Assembly: GCA_017940465.1 (NCBI GenBank)
Contig: JAGAYN010000044.1
Location: forward strand, 3,662-67,661
Length of the DNA stretch: 64,000 nucleotides
Direction of reading: 5' to 3'
Origin: Bacteroidales bacterium
GTDB lineage: Bacteria; Bacteroidota; Bacteroidia; Bacteroidales; P3
Shown here: positions 8,879 through 19,338 of the stretch, piece by piece
How positions within the stretch are numbered: position 1 is the first letter of the stretch
Layout: each line of letters starts with the position of its first letter
Position numbers and translations under genes: made by a program
The notes under the pieces: model-generated
Database searches by the model: none
The model's input: the letters and a program-made list of their open reading frames with translations, nothing else
Told to the model about the DNA's origin: nothing

Positions 8879-8949
8879 TATTAATTCACTCGCCGAAGAG
8901 CCTGTTGGCAAACTAACAGTTGCGCACGACACGTACCAGTGACACATTT

Positions 8950-9951
8950 ATGACCCAAACACACAAACTCCTCACCCTGGCCCTCGCCGCCACCCTCGCC
9001 TTCGCAGCCTGCGACAAAGACGATAACTCGGGTAAACAAATTGAATGGATGGAGGATTATTACTACAGTTCCTCTAGTCGCTCTACCGATGGGCGTTTTC
9101 ACCGAACCAGATTCTCTTGGGAGGGAGGACAGCTTAGGCGGCTGGAGTATTTCGACGCCGACAATCAGCGGGTTATATACTACATCGAAATAGTCTACGA
9201 GGACGGCAAGGCGAAAGAGGTGCGCGGGTACGATGAGTCCGGGAAAGCATGGGAGTCTGCCACCCTCTCTGCCACCCTCTTCTACACGGATGACAAAATA
9301 ACGAGCATCCAGTCTTCTTCCTATGCCGTCACGTACGAATACAACTCCGCCGGCGAGCTGGTCAAAGTAACCGGGTCGGATGGCTCCACCACCACCTTCC
9401 TCTGGGAGAACGGCAACATTGTTGAAGAGCGCCATGAAGACAGAATCACGACCTATACCTACGACAACAAGACAAACCCATACCATTCGGCATGCATCGT
9501 TGCATACCTTGGTGAACCAGGCGCTCGAATGCTTTCCCGAAACAACATCGTCAGCGAAACCTACACAAGCGGAGACTACGAAAGCCGCGATGAGTATTCA
9601 TATACCTACGACGGCGACTACCCCACCACAGTAACATCCAACACCTCCGACGGAAAAGATGTTACCTACTTCCGCTATACCGACGGCAGCGGCATGTCCG
9701 CCCCGGACATGTGCCACATCAAAATCGAGGACGGATACGAAGACCATGAGAGTAGACCCTACTACGTATATGGCGTCGGCACCTATGCCAAAGGCGACAA
9801 GGTTATCATTAGCACAGATGCGGACTACTTCCACGACGACACCTTCTACATCTTCTCCCACTGGAGCGACGGCAACACCGACAACCCCCGCACCTTCACT
9901 GCCACCGCCGACGTCACCCTCCGGCCCGTCTACACAGCCGCCGAGTATTAA
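8950..9951 (+). CDS. Lipoprotein with YD/RHS-like beta repeats
   Basis: ATG 8950 gives MTQTHKLLTLALAATLAFAAC (lipobox). Repeat-like segments include YEYNSAGELVKV and YTYDNKTNPY. Paralog of 58974..59747 (shared FSWE block and repeat pattern). Confidence 0.8.
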   Translation: MTQTHKLLTLALAATLAFAACDKDDNSGKQIEWMEDYYYSSSSRSTDGRFHRTRFSWEGGQLRRLEYFDADNQRVIYYIEIVYEDGKAKEVRGYDESGKAWESATLSATLFYTDDKITSIQSSSYAVTYEYNSAGELVKVTGSDGSTTTFLWENGNIVEERHEDRITTYTYDNKTNPYHSACIVAYLGEPGARMLSRNNIVSETYTSGDYESRDEYSYTYDGDYPTTVTSNTSDGKDVTYFRYTDGSGMSAPDMCHIKIEDGYEDHESRPYYVYGVGTYAKGDKVIISTDADYFHDDTFYIFSHWSDGNTDNPRTFTATADVTLRPVYTAAEY

Positions 9952-9982
9952 AAAACACCCTCCACGGCTGCTCTATGCCCCT

Positions 9983-10016
9983 GGCCCGCGACCCCGTCGC
10001 GGGCCTTTCTCTTTTT
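9983..10016 (+). terminator. Rho-independent terminator of the 8950 gene
   Basis: GGCCCGCGA / TCGCGGGCC stem followed by TTTCTCTTTTT. Confidence 0.7.
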
Positions 10017-10160
10017 GCATCCCCGGAGCACTCCTGCCAATGCCCTACAGGATAAAAAGAGGAGCAAAACCTATAGCATACAGCATACTGGCAATCAACA
10101 TGTTATACTGGTGCATTTTTCGGCCGTTTTCGGGTTTTTGTGCGAAAAACGGGCGGAGAT
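10014..10160 (+). repeat. Conserved 3' element, copy A
   Basis: GCATCCCCGGAGCACTCCTGCC, then a purine-rich box, then CATACAGCATACTGGCAATCAAC. Aligns with 59806-59950, 62910-63045 and, inverted, 21486-21612. Confidence 0.6.
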
Positions 10161-10264
10161 TCCACGTGCTGCACAGACAGCATGTATCATGCTGGTTTTC
10201 AATATATATGCGTATATTACATTTAAAAGGCAACGGCAATGCGCCGTATATTGTTTTTATTTCG

Positions 10265-10272
10265 TATCTTTG
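10265..10272 (+). promoter_or_regulatory. -7 box (TATCTTTG) of the sdh/frd operon promoter
   Basis: TTCGTATCTTTGCACCC lies 46 nt before the sdhC ATG. The same TTCGTAnnTTTGCA context recurs at other genes here. Confidence 0.55.
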
Positions 10273-10317
10273 CACCCTCGAAATAAGTGATAATACTATC
10301 GTACAATATTAAAATAT

Positions 10318-11283
10318 ATGCAGTTACCCAAAATCCACTCCATCACGAAGAAGATGCTGGTTGCCTTGGTGGGCGGCTTTCTGCTCCTCTTCCTGCTGTT
10401 CCACATGACGGCCAACCTCTTCATCCTGCGCCACGACGACGGCGCATGGTACTCCGCCTTCTGCCACTTCATGGGCACGAACTGGGTGGTGAAACTGTTT
10501 GAAGTCGTCCTGCTGGGCGTCCTTGCGCTGCACATCCTGCTCACCCTCTGGCTGGCCTTGACCAACAGGCTGGCCCGCCCCGTGCGCTACAAGCAGCGCC
10601 AACGCTCGGAGACCCACACCACGTCGAAACTCATGATGTGGACCGGCATCCTCATCTTCGCCTTCCTGGTGATGCACTTCTGCCAGTTCTATTTTGTAAA
10701 AATCGGCTGGGTGAAGGGCGAATACATGGTGGAGGTGGAGAAGTTGCAGACCGATGAGGTGAACACCGTGCAGCAGTTCTCCATGCAGCAGGGGATGAGT
10801 CCGGAGGACTTTGTCTCCAGCCTCGAGGGGCAGCTGGCCATGTATGCCGACCAGATGCCGGCCGAGGAGTATGAGTCCATGGTGCAAAACATCGCCAACC
10901 TGCGCGGCGCCGTGCCGGTGGCCGGGCTGCTGTCCGACGCCGTCGCGAAAGGCCACCTGAGCGAGAACCGCAAATGGGTGCGCCACCTCGACTACGACCA
11001 GCGCCAGATGCTCAAGAAGACCGTCCCCGACTGCGGCGTCGAGCCCGACTTCTACTACATGAGCCGCCAGTTGTTCCACAACGCGCTCATGGTCATCCTC
11101 TACCTCATCGCCTTCGTGGCCCTCTTCATGCACCTCACCCACGCCTTCCCCTCGGTGTTCCAAAGCCTGGGACTGAACAACTACAAGTACAACAATTTCA
11201 TCGAAATCTGCGGCAAGATATACACCTGGGTCATCACCCTCGGCTTCGCCGCCGTGCCCATACTCGTCTACATCGGCCTGTAA
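10318..11283 (+). CDS. sdhC: Succinate dehydrogenase/fumarate reductase cytochrome b subunit (b558 type) with long hydrophilic loop
   Basis: Five predicted TM helices with His residues at 29, 72, 120 and 272. First gene of the CAB operon. Confidence 0.85.
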   Translation: MQLPKIHSITKKMLVALVGGFLLLFLLFHMTANLFILRHDDGAWYSAFCHFMGTNWVVKLFEVVLLGVLALHILLTLWLALTNRLARPVRYKQRQRSETHTTSKLMMWTGILIFAFLVMHFCQFYFVKIGWVKGEYMVEVEKLQTDEVNTVQQFSMQQGMSPEDFVSSLEGQLAMYADQMPAEEYESMVQNIANLRGAVPVAGLLSDAVAKGHLSENRKWVRHLDYDQRQMLKKTVPDCGVEPDFYYMSRQLFHNALMVILYLIAFVALFMHLTHAFPSVFQSLGLNNYKYNNFIEICGKIYTWVITLGFAAVPILVYIGL

Positions 11284-11317
11284 AATCTCAACTTTCACCT
11301 TTCAATTTTCAATTCGA

Positions 11318-13282
<1,965 letters not shown>

Positions 13283-13285
13283 GCC

Positions 13286-14041
13286 ATGCACTTCATTCTA
13301 CATATCTGGCGCCAAGAGAACGCCCGCGCCAAAGGGCACTTCGAGACCTACGAAATCGACAACATCAGCGCCGACTGCTCGTTCCTCGAGATGCTGGACC
13401 AACTGAATGAGAAGCTGGTCAATGACCATATCACCCATCCCGTCTGCTTCGACAACGACTGCCGCGAGGGCATCTGCGGCATGTGCGGCCTCTACATCAA
13501 CGGCCGTCCGCACGGCAACGACGACGGCGTCACCACCTGCCAGCTCCACATGCGCCACTTCCACGACGGCGACGAGATCTGGGTAGAGCCCTGGCGCGCC
13601 AAGGCATTTCCCATTATCCGCGACCTCGTGGTGGACCGCACGGCCTTCGACAAAATCATCCAGGCCGGCGGCTACATCAGCGCCACCACCGGCGGCGTGC
13701 CCGACGCCAACAACATCCTCGTGCCCAAGCACAAGGCCGACCAGGCCATGGATGCCGCCGCCTGCATCGGCTGCGGCGCCTGCGTGGCAGCCTGCAAGAA
13801 CGCCTCCGCCATGCTCTTCGTCGGCGCCAAGGTGAGCCACCTCGCCCTCCTGCCCCAGGGCAAGCCCGAAGCGCAGGACCGCGTCTACAAGATGGTCTGC
13901 AAGATGGACGAGCTCGGCTTCGGCGCCTGCACCAACACCTATGCCTGCGAGGCCGAATGCCCCAAGCAAATCAAGCGCCAGAACATCGCCCGCATGAACC
14001 GCCACTGGCTGGGCAGCCTGCTCGGCCGCGACCGCAACTGA
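13286..14041 (+). CDS. sdhB: Succinate dehydrogenase/fumarate reductase iron-sulfur subunit
   Basis: Cluster motifs [33 protein letters not shown]. Confidence 0.95.
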   Translation: MHFILHIWRQENARAKGHFETYEIDNISADCSFLEMLDQLNEKLVNDHITHPVCFDNDCREGICGMCGLYINGRPHGNDDGVTTCQLHMRHFHDGDEIWVEPWRAKAFPIIRDLVVDRTAFDKIIQAGGYISATTGGVPDANNILVPKHKADQAMDAAACIGCGACVAACKNASAMLFVGAKVSHLALLPQGKPEAQDRVYKMVCKMDELGFGACTNTYACEAECPKQIKRQNIARMNRHWLGSLLGRDRN

Positions 14042-14045
14042 ACGC

Positions 14046-14155
14046 CACCCGGAAGGTATCCTATAGGTATCCCATAGGTATCCTGTAGGTATTTACTTCG
14101 ACTGTGAACCGATATGGCCCACTTCCGGACCACATTCCTCCGCCCGTCGAAAAAA
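14046..14155 (+). repeat. 11-nt tandem-repeat intergenic element, GGTATCC subfamily, copy 1
   Basis: Units GGTATCCTATA, GGTATCCCATA, GGTATCCTGTA, GGTATTTACTT (14055-14098), flanked by CCGGAAG and TTCCGGACCA. About 85% identical by eye to 51183-51285. Confidence 0.75.
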
Positions 14156-14229
14156 CACTTTTCCATTTACCCTGAGTTTCAAGTCCATAGGCAGGGGCAT
14201 CGCCCTTGACAACACACACCACACATTTT

Positions 14230-14260
14230 CCGTCCCCTCTCCTGGCAGGAGAGGGGACGG
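14230..14260. terminator. Strong GC hairpin between the convergent sdhB and FISUMP genes
   Basis: CCGTCCCCTCTCCTG / CAGGAGAGGGGACGG near-perfect palindrome. No T-run follows on either strand, so a terminator role is uncertain. Confidence 0.3.
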
Positions 14261-14285
14261 AAGGGGGAGGTCACTGAAGTCGTCT

Positions 14286-15026
14286 CTATCGCGTGGAGCG
14301 TACAGCGCGAACAGAGATCCCGCCGGCGCGGTCGCGGTCGCGGTAGTCGTAGCCCATGAACTGGTCGTCCAATTCGAAGTAGAAGAACCACGCGTTGTAC
14401 GGGTTACTCTCGTTGAGCGACGAGGACCAGTTGAAGCCGAGGCTGCCGTCGTAGCTGAGCTCGTCGCCCCAGCGATCGCCGGCGGCAGGCAGGAAGAGGC
14501 TGCGGCCGTTAGTTTTGCTGGTTAGTTTGCGGCCGTACTTGCCGTTTTGAGTCGTCCACTCCGAGGTGGTGTTATCGATGAGTTCGTTCCACTCCTCACG
14601 GGTGGGGATGCGGGCTCCGTTGCCAAGTTTGGCGGTGGCAACATCATCGGAGGCCTGCAGGGTTGTGAGGTCATCGGTGAAGCCATTGTAGCCCCAACCG
14701 CTATTGGTGCAGTACTTGGTCAACTGGTCATAATCTCCATTGCAGTACTTGTACGTGCTCCAGTAGTATACGCTCTTGGTCGCAATCTCGCCCCAGGCGT
14801 AATAGTCTCCATACTCCTCGGGCGCGCTGGCACCCACATTGCACGTCGCCCACAAAAGGCCACTGGGCAGTCCCATGTCCACCCACTCGGCAGTCTCCGA
14901 TCCACCACCGCTGCCAGAACCTCCGCCAGGGTTGTCGTTCTTGTCATCATCGTCTTTGCCGCAGGCCGTCATTGCCAGCGCGGCACCCATGGCCACCAGG
15001 GCCAAAAGTTTGAAGGTTTTCTTCAT
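14286..15026 (-). CDS. FISUMP (Fibrobacter succinogenes major paralogous) domain lipoprotein
   Basis: Lipobox LAMTAC. Motifs WATCNVGA, YYAWGE, LFLPAAG and GISVRAVR are characteristic of this domain. Confidence 0.85.
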   Translation of the reverse strand: MKKTFKLLALVAMGAALAMTACGKDDDDKNDNPGGGSGSGGGSETAEWVDMGLPSGLLWATCNVGASAPEEYGDYYAWGEIATKSVYYWSTYKYCNGDYDQLTKYCTNSGWGYNGFTDDLTTLQASDDVATAKLGNGARIPTREEWNELIDNTTSEWTTQNGKYGRKLTSKTNGRSLFLPAAGDRWGDELSYDGSLGFNWSSSLNESNPYNAWFFYFELDDQFMGYDYRDRDRAGGISVRAVRSTR

Positions 15027-15178
15027 GTTGCTTTTTTTATTGGTTTATAGAAATTTGAATATTGTGAATTGCCGACAGCAAACGCCTCGCCCCCCTCGTG
15101 GATTGAGGCGGCGCGGACGATGCAATAAGTAAGTTGTATATGGGGAAATCCCCCTTCCTATTCCCCTAAAGCGCGTAT

Positions 15179-15199
15179 GGGGGGGGGGGGGGGGGGGGG
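15179..15199 (+). repeat. Homopolymeric G21 tract
   Basis: 21 consecutive G read directly. Lies 153 nt upstream of the FISUMP start codon and downstream of its predicted -7 box. Confidence 0.95.
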
Positions 15200-15253
15200 T
15201 AACAGCATGTTATGAAAACCGGTTGCTTTCATCCTGTCTTCGTTTCCAGAGTG

Positions 15254-15261
15254 CAAAAATA
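15254..15261 (-). promoter_or_regulatory. Candidate -7 box (TATTTTTG on minus strand) for the FISUMP lipoprotein gene
   Basis: The reverse complement of AGAGTGCAAAAATACA reads TGTATTTTTGCACTCT. Confidence 0.45.
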
Positions 15262-15580
15262 CATAAAAATTCTTGATTCAAGCAAAGACGCATGAAAAAA
15301 ATATTAAAACATGAATTATCATGAATTTACCATGTAATTATTAATGGATAATTCGTGAGTATTCGTGTTTTTTTCAGAGGAAAGATACAAACTTTATACC
15401 ATATGGCGAGAATCTTTTCAACAAAGACACAAAAACAGAATCGGTGTGTGCATCGGTGAAGGAGGGCATTTCTTTTAACGAAAGGCATTATTTATCAAAT
15501 CGATACAAAACAACAGACCTGTTTCGGGACCCAAAACCTTCTCACTACCAATAGTGAGGGTCCATGTCGGGAAAAGTTCG

Positions 15581-15588
15581 TAATTTTG
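15581..15588 (+). promoter_or_regulatory. -7 box (TAATTTTG) of the CDF transporter promoter
   Basis: TTCGTAATTTTGCAAA lies 38 nt before the ATG at 15626. Confidence 0.55.
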
Positions 15589-15625
15589 CAAACTGAAGAA
15601 CAGACGGAAAATAACAAAAAACATC

Positions 15626-16606
15626 ATGAAACATATACACGACCACCGCGAAGAACATCACCATCATGAGCATGAGCATGTCCATGGACACCACGATCAT
15701 CACGGCCACGGGCACCACCATCACCACCACCACGCGCACGCGATAGAGAAGTTGTCTACTATCTATATCATCGCCGTGGCGCTGAACCTGGCCTTCGTCA
15801 TCGTCGAGGCCGTGGCGGGCTTTGTGGGCAACAGCCTCGGCCTGCTCTCCGATGCCGGGCACAACCTGAGCGATGTCTTCTCGCTGCTGCTGGCCATGGT
15901 GGCGCTGAAGCTGGCCTCGAGCCACGCCACCAAACGCTTCACCTACGGCCGCCGCAAAGCATCGGTGCTCATCTCGCTGCTCAACGCCATCATCCTGCTC
16001 GTCGCCGTCGGCGCCATCATGGTGGAGAGCGTGCAGAAGTTCTTCAACCCCAGCGAGGTAAGCGGCGACCTCATCATCTGGACCGCCGCCGTGGGCATCG
16101 TCATCAACGGCCTCACCGCCTGGGCCCTGAGCCGCCAGCAGCAGCACGACATCAACACCCGCGGCGCCTTCCTCCACATGCTGGCCGACACGCTGGTGAG
16201 CGTCGGCGTGGTCGTCTCCGGCATCGTCATCAAGTACACCGGCTGGTGGGTGGTCGACCCCATCATCGGCCTCGCCATAGCCGTGGTCATCCTCGTCAGC
16301 ACCTGGAGCCTCCTGGCCGAGAGCCTGCGCATGAGCACCGACGCCGTACCCGAGGGCTTCGACGTGGACGACATCACCAAACAGATTGAAGCCCAGGAGG
16401 GTGTGCTGGGTGTGCACCACCTCCACATCTGGCCCATCTCGACCACCGAGACGGCCCTCACCTGCCACATCGTCATCCCCGAAGCCGCTATGTTAGAGGA
16501 GGTTACTGACCGCGTGAAACACCTGCTGGACGGCCTCGGCATCCACCACAGCACCCTCGAACTCGAAACCCACAGCAGCCACTGCCACGATCACGACTGC
16601 TGCTGA
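15626..16606 (+). CDS. czcD: Cation diffusion facilitator (CzcD/ZitB-like) metal efflux transporter
   Basis: His-rich N-terminus, six TM helices, motifs GLLSDAGHNLSD and HMLADTL, C-terminal cytoplasmic domain. Confidence 0.85.
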   Translation: MKHIHDHREEHHHHEHEHVHGHHDHHGHGHHHHHHHAHAIEKLSTIYIIAVALNLAFVIVEAVAGFVGNSLGLLSDAGHNLSDVFSLLLAMVALKLASSHATKRFTYGRRKASVLISLLNAIILLVAVGAIMVESVQKFFNPSEVSGDLIIWTAAVGIVINGLTAWALSRQQQHDINTRGAFLHMLADTLVSVGVVVSGIVIKYTGWWVVDPIIGLAIAVVILVSTWSLLAESLRMSTDAVPEGFDVDDITKQIEAQEGVLGVHHLHIWPISTTETALTCHIVIPEAAMLEEVTDRVKHLLDGLGIHHSTLELETHSSHCHDHDCC

Positions 16607-16659
16607 AAAAAAACACCACGCCGTGCAGTCTTCCTCTGTTTTGTGGTCTCATATAATAT

Positions 16660-18192
16660 ATGAGCGACATGGAACAACTGGTAGAAGACACGCGGCATGG
16701 CGACGCAAATGCGCAAGCAAAGCTCTACAAGCAATGCTATAAAAAGGCCGTAAACACCTGTCAACGTATCGTCGGCGACCCTCTCCTTTCCGAGGAGATA
16801 GCCGACGATGCGTTTCTTGTTGCTTTTTCCAAACTGCACCAACTGGAAGACGGACATCGGTTTGAGCCCTGGTTGTCCCAAATTGTCCGCCGTCTCGCAC
16901 TGCGACATCTGCAACGCTCTCACAACCTGCCCACCGTTCCGCTCGAGGAAGTCGCAGACATTCCCGAAGACGATGCTCCACTGCTGAGTGAAGAGGAGAT
17001 TCTGCGTGCTATCGAAAATCTTCCGCAAGGCTACCGTGATGTCTTCAGAATGTCAGTGTTGGATGGGAAATCGCACATCGAAATAGCCGCCCAGTTAGTT
17101 ATCAACCCACACTCTTCGTCCTCCCAGCTGACCCGTGCCAAGCGAATGCTACGGAACACGTTGCGTTTCGGATGGTTCATATTGATTATTCCCATTGTAT
17201 GGTTCGTTCTGCACCACCAACACGACAAGCCCGCCTTGGTTGCGAAAACAGGCGAGAAGCCCAACCCCTCGCCAGTAGAGGAAAGGTGCACCGAGGTTCC
17301 GCCAACCTTCATACGCTCCACCATCATTGCCAGCAGCCCAAATGAAACCAACACAATAACAGAAGATACGCCCATCTGTATCAACCTGGACACACTCGTT
17401 CCCGAGCCGACAATCATTCTTCGTCAATGGGATCAGTCCGACCAACACATCACCGCATCATCGTTGTCCCGATGGTCATTCTCCGTATCCCATACCATGC
17501 CCACTGTCAGCACGAGCAGCCAAACGTTTCCATATTCCCTCTCGCTTGCCAACGGCAATGCCGTCGACAACTGGCTCGACTACGTCACCGCAACGACCAA
17601 TCCTGATGGAGCCTCCATCATCGACTCCGTCATTTCCAACATTGCCGTTGCCAACATTGAGAATAACGGCGGCCAGATACTCCGCACCTCCCACAATCAC
17701 GCTCCTGTTGCATTTTCACTCTCGGCATCCTACAAACTGACACACCATTGGAGCATCGGCACAGGCATTGGCCTGACACTGCTCCAGTCCGATTTTACCA
17801 TCGGCGAAAGGTCCAACAGCATCAAGCAAACTCAACGTCTCGTCTACCTGGATTTACCGATTGGCATGCAATACCATTTCTTCCCCTCTCATCAGCTGTC
17901 CTTCTACGCCGCACTTTCAGCCTCGTTCCACCTTCCATTGTCCGGCACATTGACGACAGACTACATCATCAACGGCGAAAAAACACTGACCGAGCACAAC
18001 AGAATAGACAACGTACCGATGATCTCATTCGGCATTGGCATTGGCCTGCAATGGCACATAACCCCATCCATTGGCATCTATGCCGAGCCTTCATTGCGAT
18101 ACTATTGCATCCCCACAGGAGCGCCCGCATCCTTCCTTTCCCAGAATCCTCTCTCGCTGTCCCTTCCTTGCGGCTTGCGCTTCATTTTTTAA
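16660..18192 (+). CDS. ECF-type sigma-70 factor fused to a TM helix and a C-terminal OM-beta-barrel-like domain
   Basis: Sigma region 2 (DDAFLVAFSKL, FEPWLSQIVRRLA) and region 4 (LPQGYRDVFRMSVLDGKSHIEIAAQL). TM helix at aa 170-185. S/T/P-rich linker. C-terminal alternating beta pattern ends in GLRFIF. Confidence 0.7.
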   Translation: MSDMEQLVEDTRHGDANAQAKLYKQCYKKAVNTCQRIVGDPLLSEEIADDAFLVAFSKLHQLEDGHRFEPWLSQIVRRLALRHLQRSHNLPTVPLEEVADIPEDDAPLLSEEEILRAIENLPQGYRDVFRMSVLDGKSHIEIAAQLVINPHSSSSQLTRAKRMLRNTLRFGWFILIIPIVWFVLHHQHDKPALVAKTGEKPNPSPVEERCTEVPPTFIRSTIIASSPNETNTITEDTPICINLDTLVPEPTIILRQWDQSDQHITASSLSRWSFSVSHTMPTVSTSSQTFPYSLSLANGNAVDNWLDYVTATTNPDGASIIDSVISNIAVANIENNGGQILRTSHNHAPVAFSLSASYKLTHHWSIGTGIGLTLLQSDFTIGERSNSIKQTQRLVYLDLPIGMQYHFFPSHQLSFYAALSASFHLPLSGTLTTDYIINGEKTLTEHNRIDNVPMISFGIGIGLQWHITPSIGIYAEPSLRYYCIPTGAPASFLSQNPLSLSLPCGLRFIF

Positions 18193-18264
18193 TAGGCAGA
18201 TGCAGTCCACAGCGACATCATGGTCTCTTTATAGGTAGAAAACCCAATAAAAAAGAGACACCCG

Positions 18265-19338
18265 ATGTACAATCTGAAAGATTACATGCTGAATGGAATG
18301 CATTATGTCAACAATAGCATCCGTCCCCGGCATAAACGGCTCAGCCAGCTTATGATTTATGCCACAACGGCCTGCCAGTCACGCTGCCGCCATTGTTCCA
18401 TTTGGCGCAAACCACACGAACATCTGTCGCCAAACGACATCCAACTGTTAATGCAGAGCCGCTGCATCACGCGCTTCACCACCGTAGGTCTCGAAGGCGG
18501 CGAGTTCATCCTCCATCCTCAAGCCGCATCCATCCTCCAATGGTTCTCCGTTCATCACCGCAATTTCACGCTTCTTTCGAACGGTCTTGCACCCGATCTG
18601 CTGGCGGATTATGTACAACGGTTTCCGCCACGCCACCTCTACCTCTCGCTCGACGAGCCAAGGGAGACCTATCAGCGCATGCGGGGTATCGACGGTTACA
18701 ACAGGCTCGTCCAGTCCATCGAACGGCTTCACCGCCAGGTTCCCATCTCCCTGATGTTCTGTCTTTCGCCATGGAACAGCTTCGACGACCTGTGCCATGT
18801 GGCCGATGTGGCTTTGCACTACAACATAGATCTCCGTATCGGCATCTATAGCACCATGTCCTTCTTCGGCACCACCCGAGACCTCCTGCCTGCCGACAGC
18901 TTCACATCCCGCATACCCGAAATCATCCGCCATACCGACCAAAACTACGAACATCTCGCCCTCTATGAGCAATGGCGCTCCGGGCATCTGAACATTCCCT
19001 GCCACAGCATCCGCAGCCAACTCGTTGTACACAGCAACGGCGACATCCCCCTTTGCCAAAACCTCGACGTCGTCCTCGGCAACATCCACCGAACTCCTCT
19101 CGATGCAATCTTCAACTCAAAACAGACATGCAACATCCAACGTGCCTACGGCAAAAACTGCAATGGCTGCTGGATCAATTTCCATCGTAAGTACGACACC
19201 ATTCTGCTCAGCAATCTCGAACGTGTCGCGCCGAAGGCTTTCCTCGAAAAACTGTTCGGCTCATATCAATGGTGCGCCGACCCCTCCTGCAGCTATCGCC
19301 AACACATCAAATCCATCGCCTCATGTTCCAAGACATAA
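18265..19338 (+). CDS. Radical SAM protein with SPASM/twitch-like C-terminal Cys-rich region
   Basis: CX3CX2C (CQSRCRHC, aa 37-44). C-terminal cysteines in PCHS, PLCQN, CNIQ, CNGCW. Confidence 0.75.
   Translation: MYNLKDYMLNGMHYVNNSIRPRHKRLSQLMIYATTACQSRCRHCSIWRKPHEHLSPNDIQLLMQSRCITRFTTVGLEGGEFILHPQAASILQWFSVHHRNFTLLSNGLAPDLLADYVQRFPPRHLYLSLDEPRETYQRMRGIDGYNRLVQSIERLHRQVPISLMFCLSPWNSFDDLCHVADVALHYNIDLRIGIYSTMSFFGTTRDLLPADSFTSRIPEIIRHTDQNYEHLALYEQWRSGHLNIPCHSIRSQLVVHSNGDIPLCQNLDVVLGNIHRTPLDAIFNSKQTCNIQRAYGKNCNGCWINFHRKYDTILLSNLERVAPKAFLEKLFGSYQWCADPSCSYRQHIKSIASCSKT

Noticed and set aside
9659-10312. ORFs in the 9952-10317 intergenic region (9659..10312, 10015..10290, 10045..10275).
   Set aside because: They span a terminator, the 3' repeat element and the sdhC promoter. 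They have no coding signature, and their apparent similarity to ORFs near 21540 reflects the shared nucleotide repeat.
15400-15625. Possible metal-sensing (czcD/NiCo-type) riboswitch upstream of the CDF transporter.
   Set aside because: The predicted -7 box lies only 38 nt from the ATG, leaving no room for an aptamer, and no conserved riboswitch core was recognisable.
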